This document shows positions 1 to 13,100 of a stretch of 64,000 bases of DNA, one piece after another. Positions within the stretch are counted from its first letter, which is position 1; the number at the start of each line of letters is the position of its first letter. The stretch is from Chiloscyllium plagiosum (taxonomy: Eukaryota). Position numbers and translations under genes: made by a program. The notes beneath the pieces are model-generated. The model had not been told where the DNA came from and ran no database searches. It saw only the letters and a program-made list of their open reading frames with translations. Location: assembly GCF_004010195.1 (NCBI RefSeq), contig NC_057718.1, positions 27,973,974 through 28,037,973 on the forward strand, read 5' to 3'.

Positions 1-705
1 GACCTTGGAGTGCAGGTTCATAGCTCCTTGCAAGTGAAGTCGCAGGTAGATAGGATAGTGAAGAAGGCGTTTGGTATGCTTTCCTTTATCAGTCAGCGTA
101 CTGAGTACAGGAGTTGGGAGGTGATGTTGCGGCTGTGCAGGACATTGGTTAGGCCACTGTTAGAATATTGCGTGCAATTCTGGTCTCCTTCCTATCAGAA
201 AGATGTTGTGAAACTTGAAAGGGTTCAGAAAAGATTTACAAGGATGTTGCCAGGGTTAGAGGATTTGAGCTATAGGGAGAGGCTGAATACGCTGGGGCTG
301 TTTTCCCTGGAGTGTCAGAGGCTGAGGGGTGACCTTAGAGGTTTACAAAATTGAGGGGCATGGATAGGATAAAGAGGCAAAGACTTTTCCCTGGGGTCGG
401 GTAGTCCAGAACTAGAGGGTATAGGTTTAGGGTGAGAGGGGAAAGATATAAAAGAGACCTAAGGGGTAACTTTTTCACGCAGAGGGTGGTACGTGTATGG
501 AATGAGCTGCCAGAGGATGTGGTGGAGGCTAGTACAATTGCAACATTTAAGAGGCATTTGGATGGATATATGAATAGGAAGGGTTTGGAGGGATATGGGC
601 CAGGTGCTGGCAGGTGGGATGAGATTGGATTGGGACATCTTGTCGGCATGGACGGGTTGGACAGAAGGGTCTGTTTCCATGCTGTACATCTCTCTGACTC
701 TGTGA
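1..705 (+). mobile_element. CR1-clade LINE (HER1-like), 3' end: RT C-terminus plus 3' UTR, truncated by the window edge
   Basis: ORFs 10-354 and 432-872 give LVRPLLEYCVQFWSP, LERVQKRFTRMLPGL and FFTQRVVRVWNELP, typical of the CR1 ORF2 end; short-repeat tail ctctgactctgtgact. Confidence 0.92.
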
Positions 706-1777
706 CTATATGCCCATTTTCAAACTTGGTAATTGCAGAAGGCCCAAATACACTCAGTAAAATTGTGCAGATATTTGGGAACATAACAGAACATCATTTT
801 GTTGGATATAACTCTCTGGAATTTAAGTGGAGCAGTGGTGCTTTCAGCAGGCTAATGTTTTGTGAGTGTTAGCTTTAAGTTAATGAGAGAGCTCCAAATA
901 TAGGAATGGCAGACTTTGGCTTTTTGATTTAAGTAACTTTGTTATAAATTGCTTTTCTAAAACGTTGTCTTCTGGATACTAATTTTTAAAATTCTAAATT
1001 CATGATCATTAATGTTTATTACCTCTATCATTTCAAGCACAGACTGTAAAAGTATTATGTAGATACTCTGAGATACTTGAAAATATTTGAAAAATCTTTG
1101 CATTTATGTCATGCCTTTAATGAAACAAAATGTCTCAACTTTTACATCTGCAAATACTTGCTGGATATCATTTAACTATGGTTGATATTTTGATTTATTG
1201 CTATCTATTCCAGTGCTCTCCAGGCCAACCACTTATATTTTACCCACCATAAACCTGAATTCAACCAAAGTTTTGCTGTCTGTAACATTTTTTGAACCAA
1301 ATTCCATTCACCTATCACCCTTATGAGAATTGTCCTGCTACAAGCTTTTTTTATATGCTTTGAAATGTTTCATTACAATAAAAGTGCTACATTAATGCAA
1401 GTTTTTTTCAAAGATTTTGCCAGATATTGTGGAGGTCTTGGTGCAAGATAAATGAAACTTTTGTGGATTAATGCATTCAAAATTCTATAGCCATGATATG
1501 GTGCACTTGAATTCCAGAGGGGCATACCATGCACTCAGGATTTTCTTCCAATCTTGGACAAATCTCTCCTGTCTGACATCCTCACTATGCCCTCCCCACC
1601 AAGTTTTACCTCAATTCATCAGTACTCCTTTATTGTCCTTTACAGGTAATTGTTTTGAATCCTCCTTGAATAAATGTACAGCTTTCCTCCTGCTATCTCA
1701 AAATGTTTTCCAAAAGCCTTTCCAAAGCATCCAGTAAGATCCTTTCTAAAACCTGCCTTGAGTCATATTATTAGGCG

Positions 1778-1920
1778 GAAGTGGATACTGCAGATGCTGG
1801 AAATCAGAGTCAAGATTAGAGTGGTGCTGGAGAAGCACAGCAGGTCAGGCAGCATCCAAGGAGCAGGGAAATTGATGTTTCGGGCAAAAGCCCTTCTCCA
1901 GCACCACTCTAATCTGGAGT
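1778..1920. mobile_element. Short palindromic Penelope-terminus-derived element
   Basis: actgcagatgctggaaatcagag...gaagcacagcaggtcaggcagcatc motif shared with 28790-28915; inverted arms tagagtggtgctggagaag / cttctccagcaccactcta. Confidence 0.6.
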
Positions 1921-2472
1921 CATAATATTGGTCAGTCCCCCCCTCCCACTTAACATTTTCATGTTATACAGCATTGTTAGTTTTTAGTTATCTCTGAAGT
2001 ACAGTGGAACTTGTTCTAACATATTTAGCAGCAATGTACATTGGCATAATACATTCATTACAAAGTCCCAAAAGAACCACTTTAAAGTAAAAATTAAGCT
2101 TTCTATTCTTCCTGCCTCCTTTTCTCCCCTTTTCTTAAAAATGTGTTGTGAACATGCACAATAGACCTCAAACATAGTACCTTTGCAAAAGTTGGTTAAA
2201 AATATGATTGTATCTAGTCGGGATTAATGATGATTGAGATGATTTGCTGTTAAGTGAATTACCTAGCAGCTGAAATCCTTGTTAAGTATCGTGTGATGGA
2301 ACGTTACTGGTCAAGAATCAATTGCTGTTTGTGATATTGGATTGTATTTGTCAACTCAGAATGCTGCAGCATGATAGGAGTTCATGCTAGTCTTTTTGAA
2401 AAAGTATTCAGTACCATTCTCTGACTCTTTTCCCATGGCCCTGCAATTTATTTCCATTCACATAGTTTGCTA

Positions 2473-2682
2473 GAACAAAAACAGAAGTTGCTGGCAAAGC
2501 TCAGCAGGTCTGGCAGCGTCTGTGAAGAAAAATCAGTTAACTTTTCAGGTTCGGTAACCCTTCCTAAGAACTGCTCAGAACTCTGATATTTCTTCACAGA
2601 TGCTGGCAGATTGGCTGAGCTTTTTCAGCAGCTTCTGTTCCTGTTCCTGATTTACAGCATCCGCAGTTCTTTTGGTTTTTGT
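2473..2682. mobile_element. Fold-back element made of two inverted Penelope-type termini
   Basis: agaagttgctggcaaagctcagcaggtctggcagcgtctgtgaagaaa is reverse-complementary to tttcttcacagatgctggcagattggctgagctttttcagcagcttct. Confidence 0.6.
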
Positions 2683-3273
2683 CACATATTTTTCTAATTC
2701 GCTAAAGCTACCATCAAATTAGTTTCCTTTTCAGGCTGCGGATTTCAAATTTTTAATTCATGTGTTGAAAGTTACTTGTTACTTTTGGTTCTTTTAGTAG
2801 TTAACTTTAAATTTGTACCATCTGGCTTTGAGCAATGAGCCATTGGAAACCATTGTTTCTTAGTTAGACTTAGACTTAGTTAGCAAACCCCGTTATTGTT
2901 TCAAACACTTCTATCAAACTTTAGTCATCTCTGTATAAAGAACAACCCTTTTTTTGCAGTTGTAATCCCTCATACTTGGAACCATTTTATTACATCTTTG
3001 TCTTCAAAGTCTTCATGACCTTCCTAAAGGGTAATGCCTAGAATTAGGCATACTGTTCCATTTAAGGCCAAATATTTAAATATAAATTTTTGTTGAAGGT
3101 GTTATTGGGTTTTTAAGGGGTTCTTAGAATAATTGCTCAGGAGGCAATAGTTTTGCTGAATTGATATCAAACAGATTGACTTTTTGTATGGTGCAAAGAC
3201 CCTTGAAGGGCTTAAAACCCATTCTTATATGATTTGTGTAAGACTCAATTTTTTTTTTCCTTTTCGATCTTAG

Positions 3274-3401
3274 ATGAGGATGTCCCTGCAGACATGATTG
3301 CAGAAGAATCAGGACCTGGTGCACAAAACAGCCCATACCAGCTGCGGAGAAAGTCACTACTGTCTAAACGAACAGCCTACCCTACAAAGAATAACATGGA
3401 G
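3274..3401 (+). CDS. FBXO11: FBXO11(-like) coding exon (human exon 2 equivalent), 128 bp
   Basis: tag|AT...GAG|gtgaat; translates (D)[42 protein letters not shown], matching the FBXO11 N-terminus. Confidence 0.95.
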
Positions 3402-5195
3402 GTGAATCACTTAATCGCAGATTTAGGAAAATGTTTTTTTTGTCTTCTCTACCACTGCAAAAAAAAACTTGTATTTATTCTTGTTTTGTCTACGCAAGTA
3501 CAGCCAGTGCAGTGACTGTATTAAAAGTTGCTATTTTGATATATTGGCCAGAAAGAAGTTCTTGTAGGGTGAGGTGGACATTGTCTCTCATTTATAGTAT
3601 ATTGTTTAATTTTGTGAGAGAATTAATGGAGGTTTACAGAAATGTGTTAGATATTGATTCATACAGACTTTATTTTGAGCTCTGCTTGAAATCCATGTGG
3701 GACATGTGGTGAAATTGACCCAGCAGGAAGCCAGTTGCCTGCAAAAAATGAAACCTGCATATCACTCATTAGAATTTGCCCACCTGCATTGAACTGAGAA
3801 GTTTGAATAAGAGCTACTCCTCCAGTTGCGGAGCATGTCCATTAGGTGCGCCCAAGTTGGGGAAGAGCAGTTGCTATTGAGGAATCTGGGGGAAGGTTGG
3901 TGAAATCAGTGGCAGGAAATAGGAGGGGGGGAAACCAATGGCTGCAAAGGTGAAATCGGTTGGGGGAGGCTAGTGGCTGCAAAGGTTGTGTAGTGGGGAG
4001 AAATGTGTAACTGCGAAGAGTTAGTAGATAAATGTGATTCTAAATTGGGCATGAGGTATTAGGAGAGAAGTGAGTGACTATGAAGGTGAGAGGGAGGGTT
4101 GCTGCTCAGAGCAATCTATTAGCAAAGGAATGCTTAACTAACTGTAAGTTAGGAAATCCCAAAGTCACAGTAACAAATTCGTTGAAAATTTGCTTTTTAT
4201 GCAGTGTCAATTATTGAAAAAATACATTTGCTGACTTACAGCTGTTGTCTTGTGCCAGTTTAAATTTTGTGGGACCTGAGAAATTTAAGCTGGTGTTGTG
4301 GCTGTATGTTGAATGGAAAGTGGATCAACATTGATATTGGTGATTTCTTCTAAAAGTTCTGAGAGTCAAAATAGCCCATATGTCAATATAAATACAGGAA
4401 ATAATGTTATAATATAATTGCATCTCTTGCCTAATAGAGTTAGTGAGAATGAAGAATCTCCCACCAGAAAAGAAATTATTTTGACCTTTTTGGCAAGTAT
4501 TACGTTCTGTTGCTATGCAAATAATCAAATTCTTCAATTTTTGCAGCATAGTTAAGGAGTAATGATCAAAGTTAAGGAGTAAAACTCTTAATGAATCACA
4601 TTGAAAGTATATAATTTTGTAGAGTAGGCTTGACCTTTATAAAGTTAAGTGCCTTGAAAATAACACTACAAAAACTTTAAATTGAATCTTAACCAGTTTT
4701 TAAAAAATCCCAAGTTTAGAATGTGCATATTTTGGAATGATACCAGCTATTTACTTGGAAGGTGTAATTTCAGCTTGCAAAATATTTATTCAAATCTTTC
4801 ATTTATAGCGCTGCACTAAAATCTTCCAGTCCACTGGATTAGAATCCTCCATTGTTGATTTTCTTTGATGCTGTGATATCACGGTTGTGGTATCTAAGCA
4901 AATCAAGGGTTAAGGGCTTCGGTAGTAAGCCCAAATTTGTTGTGATCATCGTGTGGTAGAGCACGCTGAACTGGCCAGAGGATTTGCTCTTGTGCTCTTC
5001 TGTTCTGGAATGACAATTGTCTGCTGGGGGACTGAGGATTATGTATGTAATACTTGAGTAACTGCAGCACCATATTTCATGACATGATTTTCAGAATCTT
5101 GAATCCTTATTGCAAATGTGTTCTAGTGAATTGAGGTAACTTAACTGTTCTGCTTAGGCTATAAGCTGAGGGTGGCACGGTGGCTTAATGCCAGG

Positions 5196-5678
5196 TGTTA
5201 GGTTCCCTTCATGAGATTCTTACACACTTGATTCAACTGCAGTATACCAACTTCTGTGAACAGCCACGATTTATTTTGGCAAGTACAAGCTTTTGGAGAG
5301 TCTCAGCACTTTTGCGATGCTTCTGGAGTATGTCAAGCAAGGCTCACTGAATAAGGGAACAGTCCTCCCTTTATATAGGGTTATACAGTCAGTGATGCAT
5401 GCAAGGCACAACCCCCGCCACTTCCCCCATAGTCACATGCCACCCAAAAACAATGTAAAATGATAAGATTACTCCTTAAAGCGGTGTGTGATTTAGGTTA
5501 CTCCTTAAAGCGGTGTGTGATTTAGGTTACTCCTTAAAGCGGTGTGTGATTCAGGTTACTCCTTAAACTACAGCATTCACAGACTATGATTAGATTAGAT
5601 ATCCTGCCTGTATAACAGAAAAATATAGCATTCAATTTCTTTCATGTCAGCAGAACAAATTAATCCTTTAACATCTCA
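5196..5678 (-). mobile_element. Solo LTR of the RBPMS-carrying ERV family (subfamily A)
   Basis: TGTTAGG...ATCTCA termini; 4-bp TSD CAGG (5192-5195 / 5679-5682); colinear with LTRs at 13537 and 16175; minus-strand TATA (cctatataaag) and AATAAA. Confidence 0.92.
5469..5567. repeat. 29-bp tandem repeat (3 full copies plus a partial) within the LTR U3 region
   Basis: Unit ttactccttaaagcggtgtgtgatttagg starting at 5469, 5498, 5527 and 5556 (partial). Confidence 0.95.
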
Positions 5679-6076
5679 CAGGAACCCCAGTTCGATATCA
5701 CCCTCATGCGACTTTCTACATGGCATTTGTATATTTTCCCTGTGTCTGTGTGTACTACCTCCAGGTGCGTGTCTCAGTACAAAACTGCAGGTTAGGTGGA
5801 TCTGCCATGCTGAATTGCCTGTAGTGTTGAAGGATGTGCAGGCTAGGTGGATTAGCAATGGGAAATGTAAAGTCACAGGGACAGGGTAGGGGTATGAATT
5901 TGGGAGGAATGCACTTCGGAGGTCAATGTGAACTCTATGGGCGGAATGGCCTACTTCCACACTGTAGGGATTCTATAATTCTATGATAATTTTTAAATGT
6001 TTAACTTTTGTAATCGCTTTGTTAGATGTTGCAATGGTCCAGCCATATGAATAAAGAGATGTTTAATCTTTCTAAG

Positions 6077-6258
6077 TCATGATTTGGAGATGCCGGTGTT
6101 GGACTGGGGTGCACAAAGTTTGAAAATTACACAACACCAGGTTATAGTCCAACAGGTTTAATCGGAAGCACTAGCTTTCGGAGCGCCGCTCCATCATCAG
6201 GTGGTTGTGCTTCCAGTTAAACCTGGTGAACTATAACCTGGTATTGTGATTTTTAAAT
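6077..6258. mobile_element. Palindromic Penelope-derived short element containing a minimal hammerhead motif on the minus strand (6169-6203)
   Basis: Inverted arms caacaccaggttatagtccaacaggttta / taaacctggtgaactataacctggtattg; minus strand reads cac CTGATGA t ggagc ggc gctcc GAAAGCTA gtg; relatives at about 22070-22200 and 50180-50315. Confidence 0.7.
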
Positions 6259-6866
6259 CTTTCTAAGGGTATCTAAAATTTGACAGACTGGACTAAATTT
6301 TCCTGAATTTTCGTTTTAATTGACTCATTATTTAAACTGTTCTTTGCTGTGTAATCCAGTGTAGTTGTGGGCACTTATTCTTCAGTGAGGCTCTTAATGC
6401 TTTGGAGAGGGTGCAGCAATTATTTGGTATAATAACAAGGATGAAGGATTTCTGTAATATGAAAAGACTGCCGAAGCTAAGACTGTTTTTAGAGCAGAGA
6501 AGGTTCTGAAGAAATTCAGTAGATGTGATCAAAATCTTGTGTTTTGATTTAGCAAATAAGAAACTGTTTCCAGTCGTAGAGGACCTCATCAAAGGATACC
6601 ACTTACAAGAGATTGTTAGAAGAATCAAGCATGACACGATAGGAACAATTCTTACATAGTATCTAAAATCACTGCTGGTGAGATCGGATTTAGTAACAAC
6701 TACCAAGCTGAAGCTGTAGAAATTGTTGGTAAAGCTTGCAAGCCTATGTGAAAGAGCAGGAGTGTGGTTCTAATTGGGTAGCTCTTTTTAAGAACCAGCA
6801 TGCGCACACAATAGGTGAAATGGCTACCTCCTACAATTTTACAAAATAGCATAGATTAAGGCTGCT

Positions 6867-7913
6867 AAAGGGGCATTCCTCTGTGTCTTATTCTCTGATA
6901 AAAGTCTAATGGTTAATTCATGCTATAAAGATTGGACCCTTTGGCATTCTTGATGTATTATGTTTTAAAGAGAATTAAGTACTACAGTACTCAGTGGAAC
7001 TTGAATTCTGTGGTGTAATTTGTTGTGAAACTGTATATTGAAGTTTGCAATTCTTGTGTTTTCCTTGTGTGCAAGATAAAAAAAAACCTTTGACAGCATT
7101 CCTCCCTTCTCAGCAACTTTGGAATTAGGTTTTCATGTTAGGTTAAGATTCCATTTCAGTTCAGGTAATTTTGCATTGTACATGTCCATTGCTCAGTGCC
7201 ACCACCTAGCTTTAAAAAGATGCATAGCATCAATCCTTTCTATTGAGTAACACACAACTGGTGCTTGCATTTCAATGTTGAATCATGCTGTACAACAGTT
7301 TGCTTTCATATATCCCAAAGCTCTTCGCAGCAGTATTGTCCAGCAACATTTGTGAGCCAGAGTGAAATAATAGGATTTAAAAATCTACTTAAAGAAACAT
7401 TAAAGTAGGGCTTGGAATTCAAGGAATGTCATAAAGGGAGAGGTAGTGAGGCCAAGACATTAAAGAACGGAACACTAGAGTTTAGAGCCTATTCAATTAA
7501 AGGCATGACTGTCATTGTCATATTGATAAATTGGAAATGTGCAAGAGGTCTAAACTGAGTGAATACAGATGTTTTTTCATCACGCTTTATAACTCTGCAT
7601 TTTGTCTGATAGTCTTAGGTGCAGCACTTTAAGTCACTTCCTTCTGTAAAGGGGCATTTCACTATCTTGTTCTCCAGTAGAAGACTAATGTTTAATGCAT
7701 GCTATAACTACTGGACCTTTTGGGATTCTTGATGTACAGATCTTTGGGGAATCTCAATATTATGTTTGAAAGAGAATTAAATACTAAAGTACTTAGTGGA
7801 ACCTGAGCATGTGGTGTAATTAATTGTAGTTTGAAATTTGCAATTCTTGTGTGCAAGATGAAAATCTTTTGACAACATATCTCTCTTCTCAGCGACTTTG
7901 AAATTTGGTTTTT
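6867..7913. repeat. Old direct duplication of about 265 bp (6867-7133 and 7648-7913)
   Basis: Both copies run aaaggggcatt...catgctataa...ttcttgatgta...aaagagaattaa...agtggaac...ttgcaattcttgtgt...tttgaca...ttctcagc. Confidence 0.85.
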
Positions 7914-8779
7914 GTGCCATATATAAACACTTTTTACCGCAAAGGTAGAAGTAATTACTGAGTTGGGATGGGTTGTTGTTGATAGAGGGAATTATGCACA
8001 TGAATGACTATTTTAATGTTCTGGGGCATAAGTGGACAGATGGTCAATGTAGGACCAGGACTATTGAGGAATGTGTAATGAATAATGGGTTTGATCAATC
8101 AAATGATCAGATGGGGGAATCTTATGACTCAACTGGGATTGGATATTGAATTAAAAGACTAACAGGTTGCAAAGCTGTGAAGAGATAGAGGTGGCTATTA
8201 CCATCTTATGGAACCTGTTATCACAACTGTAACAAGTAGATACAAAATAGAGGGCTAAGGTTGGATCTAGAAGAGACAATGTGTGAATGGAGGCAACTCA
8301 TTGAGCCAGGTGATCCCTCTAGCAAAAGCTCGGTCGCAAAAAAGCAATGTGTCTACACAGTGGGATGGATAATGAAGTAAAAGTTGTGAGGAGGATGATC
8401 TCATCAAAGGCTACAAAAAGAGGAGGAGATACTGAAAATATAATTTTATGCATTTTGAGATTCAAGTGTTGTGATGGGCAGAAATGTGGTTGGGGGAGTT
8501 CACATCCAGAAGTTGCAAAGCAAGAGTGTTAAGTTTGAAAGGAAACATAATGCCCAAGACTTGAGAGGTACAGGAGGTTTGAAATGAGTTAGTATTTGTA
8601 AGGGCAGAAAGGTCAATGTTCCTTTTTTGATGGGGCAATAATGAAGAATTTAAAAGTGATGCAGTGCCTGAAGAAAGAGAGAGAGAGAGAAGTTCGCAAT
8701 GCCAGTTAGAATGGCGTAAAGGTGATCTGAGCAGTTTGTGGTAATAGACCAGCTGGGCTGACCACGTAATTGCAGTGGC

Positions 8780-9365
8780 TACAGGAGCAAGACCAAGGCT
8801 AGGCATATTGTGGCAAGAACTAGTCTTCTGACTCCCGAAAGCCTGTCCATCATCCACCAGGCACCAGTCAGGAGTGTGATGGAATCCTCCCTACTTGCCT
8901 GGATGAGTGCAGCCCCAATAACATTCAAAGAAGCTTGACACCATCCAGGACAAAGCAACCTGCTTGATTGGCGCAAGCGTCCACTCCCTCCACCACTGAC
9001 GCTCAGCAGCCGTGTGTACTATCTAAGAGATGCACTGCAGAAATTCACCAGAGATCCTCAGGCAGCACTTTCCAAATCCACTTCCATCTAGAGGGACAAG
9101 GGCAGCAGACGTATGGGAACACCACCACTTTTTCAAGTTCCTCTCAAAGTCACTCACCTTTCTTACTTGAACATTTATCACCGTTATTTCACTGTCGCTG
9201 GTCAAAATCCTGGCATTCCCTCCCTCATGGCGTTGGGGGTCAACCTTCAATTGGTGGACTGCAGTGGTTCCACAAGGCAGCTCACCACCACTACCACCTT
9301 AAGGATGGGCAATAAATGTTGGCCAGCTAGTGATGCCCATATTCCACAAAATGAATAAATTTTAA
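8780..9365 (+). mobile_element. Non-LTR LINE 3' end (second family, L2/CR1 group)
   Basis: Decayed RT C-terminus (aggagtgtgatggaat...cttgcctggatg) and 3' end gggcaataaatg...aatgaataaa; related copies at 18420-20170 (-), 23800-24100 and 61440-62010. Confidence 0.65.
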
Positions 9366-9835
9366 AAAAAGGCTTGAGAGCAAGACTTTGGTTGGCTTAG
9401 GAAAGACAGGATGGAAGATGAGTGAAAAAGAGGATAAAAGTACTGATTCATGTGATTATAGTGGGTACTTTGAGAATCTCCGGTTTCATGAACAGTGGAG
9501 TTGAGGTATGATCATCTTCAACAAAGGACATGAACAACTTCTATTTAGGAGATGGAAGAAGAGATAAAGATGTTTGCAAGGAAAAGCGGAAGGTTATATT
9601 CACATTCTAGTAGCAGAGTTTTGACACAGGAAAACAGGGCCAGATCACGCTCACTGTGACCCAGTTGTGAGTTTGTCATTTTTAACTGTTATAATTTGTT
9701 TGGAAATCGCTTTCATTTCTTGTTCTGGTAATGCAACTGTATGTGATTTTGCAACCTAGATGCCTTATTAAAAATTGTTATATTTAAGCCATTTTGCGGG
9801 ATAGATTACTTGTGAGTAGCAAGATAATGGCTATG

Positions 9836-10195
9836 TCATAGACTCATACAGCATTGAAGCAGACCCTTTGGTCTAACCAGTCCATGCCGAGCATAATCCC
9901 AAAGTAAGGTAGTTCCACTTACCTGCACTTGGCTTTCCAAACATTTTTATCCATGCACTTATCCAAATGTCTTTTAAATGTTGTAACTGTAGATGCATCC
10001 ACCACTTCCCCTGGAAGTTAATTCCACATATGAACCACTCTATTGTTTAAGAAAAAAAGTTGCTCCTCACGTCTTTTTAAAAATTTTCTCCTCTCACCTT
10101 AACATATGTCCCCGAGTCTTGAAATACCCCACCCTAGGGAAAAGACACTTGCAATTCACCATCCTATACCTGTCATGATTTTATAAACCTCTAAG
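9836..10195 (-). mobile_element. CR1 LINE 3' fragment
   Basis: Reverse complement of the CR1 3' UTR seen at 330-700. Confidence 0.8.
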
Positions 10196-13100
10196 TCTTG
10201 AACCTTTTTTATGCTGTGATCAAATTCTTAGTGTTTAACTGGAAACATATTTCCTTCAATCTTTAAAAGCTTGGGACATAGTACAATGCTACGTGACAAA
10301 TAAACTAACATTTGCACTTAAATTTTAGGAGCATGTAATTTGACTGTGTGAATTGAGGATTTATATTACATATGTGTATTTTATCTTGGCTTTTTCATGA
10401 TATTGCTACCTTCCTATTAATGGCAATGCTATTACATAATGTGGCCTGTTGTGTGGATTGATGATCACATAGTTTATTTGAACCAAGGCGATGCTCTTTA
10501 ACAGGGCAATGCCTTGTAACTTTAAGTTGCAGCAGCAATAATTTGTTGTCTATTAGAAGTTGAACTATATCCAGATAGGAGCTACCATGGGGAAAACCCA
10601 CACAAGTAACAGTACTATTCTATGACAGCACATTGTTAATGTAACATTCATTCAGATGTGTTTTTTCTTAAGTTGATGTGAGCCTGTCTTGTTTACCCCA
10701 AGAGGCTGCAGGTTACTTTGGCTTATTTTGGGGAAAAATATGGAAATGATGGTTTGGATGATGATGATTTACGGAGGGAGATTTTTGTGAAGTCTCTTAA
10801 CTTGTGGAAAGATGACTGATCTAAACATGGCTGTGAACCTTAATTTCTGCAAATGTCAAAAATCTCTCCGTTTCTAAAAATAGTAAGATCATAAATAGAG
10901 GTTGGTACACTTGTGTGTCTGAATTCATGAGGTTAATTTTCTGTTCTGTTCTGTAGCATGCGCTATTTTAACTATCTACGAGGATATCATTGAAACTGTA
11001 CCTGTTAATTGCTTGTAGGGCATGTTGATACAATTTTTGAAGATAATGAAAAACAGAATATATGTGCTCCAAGTCTTTTAAAATGCATGCTATAAGGCTG
11101 TGCGACTTATTTGCAATCCCATGTACTCATCTCTGTTGTAATTAGGACATTAGACTCTGCCTATTCAGGATTTTCTAAAGCCGCATGAGAAAAAGGGAAC
11201 TGTGGTTTGGAAAGAAAACACATGTATTGCTGCCACCATGTGAAATTTAAGAGTGATCATTTATCATTTCATGAGATGCGTTTAATATTGTGTTGCTTAC
11301 AATGAAGATATGAACAACATGCAGTAGATTTTAAAAAAAAAAGTAAATTTCCAAGAACTTTATTTCTGCAAGTAATTACAATTACTGAAAGTGTATATCT
11401 CAGGATCAAATCACTTTATCAATAAAAGCAGTGTTTTTGATTTTGAGTTCTCTTTTGTCCTGACTGATTAAGTTCTACACTGATCTCCATACAGTTAAAT
11501 GCATTTTAAGACAATGGGAAGGTTCAGTGGGCATAACCTGGTATGACACACAGATAGACAGCTGATTCAAACAGCTTTTTTTACCTCTCTGTTCACAACA
11601 CAGTAAAATTAAATCCTTTGAAGACCTTCAATAGTTGCAACAATCGTTATTTTGAATAACCAATCCCAGACTTGGACAATATTTAATTCCAGACCCTGGT
11701 TTATATCTCAAATAAAAAAATTAATAATTTATTAAATAGGCAATCTCTTTAGAAGAGAAAAAAGACAAGGTAATCTAATGAATGTCTATTCCTCAAATCC
11801 GAAACATTTGTTTTCAGCCCCCATTCTCTCTTGACTGAGAGACAAGCAAGGGATAAACAATAGAAAATAATAAAACTGGCCAGATTTCTTAAATAGTAGC
11901 ATGATTTTCTGGAAATGTCGATCAGGGCACCATTTCAGTTTACTTGGGTAAATGTTGTAATATTTAGCTTTTGGAAGACTGAAAGAGTAGAAAGCTATTG
12001 AGACAGGGAGCTTTCAAATCATTATGCTGTGTCGTCAGCAGCCAAACTCCTCATCACAGAAAAAGTGCAAAAAAGGCAACTTCTGATTATCTTTTCCCGA
12101 GATCTCGATTATCGTTCAGTACTTACTGTTTGCTTGAAAATATGGTCTTGGAATCAATTTCCAGGTACTGACCTAGTTAATAACTGACTTCTGTCTATTT
12201 AAACACAACATTTTTCCTGAGGATGCATTGGAGAAGCTGGGATTATACTCCATAGGCAAGAGAAGTTGAGGAGATTTGGTACTGGTTGTCAGAATCATGA
12301 GTATGGGTGTGATGGCTAGAAACTTAGAATTGGTGGAAAGATCAAGAATCAGATGAGACAGATTTAGTGATTTAAAGAACCAAAAACAGTAAGAAAATAC
12401 TTTATACATCTGAAGTGTCCTGCCAGAGGTTGCTGTGCCTTTAGGAACTCTTTAAACAAAAATCAGCCTGTAATTAACCTCCTCCCCTGTCCTCTCAAAC
12501 AAAACCTAGTTTGGTCTGTTCCTTTCCTTACCACAATGTCCACAAATTATCTTTAGCTCACCATTCCCAGTTCACAGCTCCAAGGCAAATTTAATGAAAG
12601 AATAAAGGTAATGAAAAACCTGCATGAGGTCGAAATGAGCAGGTCTTCCACTATGAAAGTGTTTTAACTGCCAAAACTGCATGTTACCCTTTAATTTTTT
12701 AAAAAGCTGTTTAAAAGAGCAATTTTCTTGGGTAATTTTAGCAGGAAATGAGTTGTTTTTGTTGTCTTCTGGCCATTACATAAACAAAAGAGAAATTTTC
12801 ATGGTATGTTGTTGTGGAAAAGTTGACTGTACTTTAAATGTGAAGAGGCACATAATCTTAAACTTTCTTTTTTGGTAAGTTTATAATCGTGAAGTGAGGA
12901 CTTTTTTATATTTATACTGTGATCTGTCTCTTAATTAACTTTTAGTAATAAGCATCGATATTGAGTTATCCTGGAACAGTGTTTTTGAGGAATAAGACTG
13001 GGCTAATACTGCATTTTGAGCAAAACATGTTGATTTTAGGTAACTTCTGAGTCTTAGATTGTTAAAAGGGCAGACATGACTTTTAGTAGGGTGGTCTGCT

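Larger units (their letters stand above)
5169..5990 (+). mobile_element. HE1-like tRNA-derived SINE, split by a solo LTR
   Basis: Head gggtggcacggtggctta, resumes caggaaccccagttcgat after the LTR; body gttaggtggatctgccatgct; tail gattctataattctatga. Confidence 0.8.

Noticed and set aside
5469..5567. CRISPR-like 29-bp repeats
   Set aside because: Head-to-tail with no spacers, inside an LTR in vertebrate DNA, and no cas genes
11540..12660. Possible further solo LTR (also 48330-49118)
   Set aside because: LTR-like composition, but I could not fix termini or a TSD
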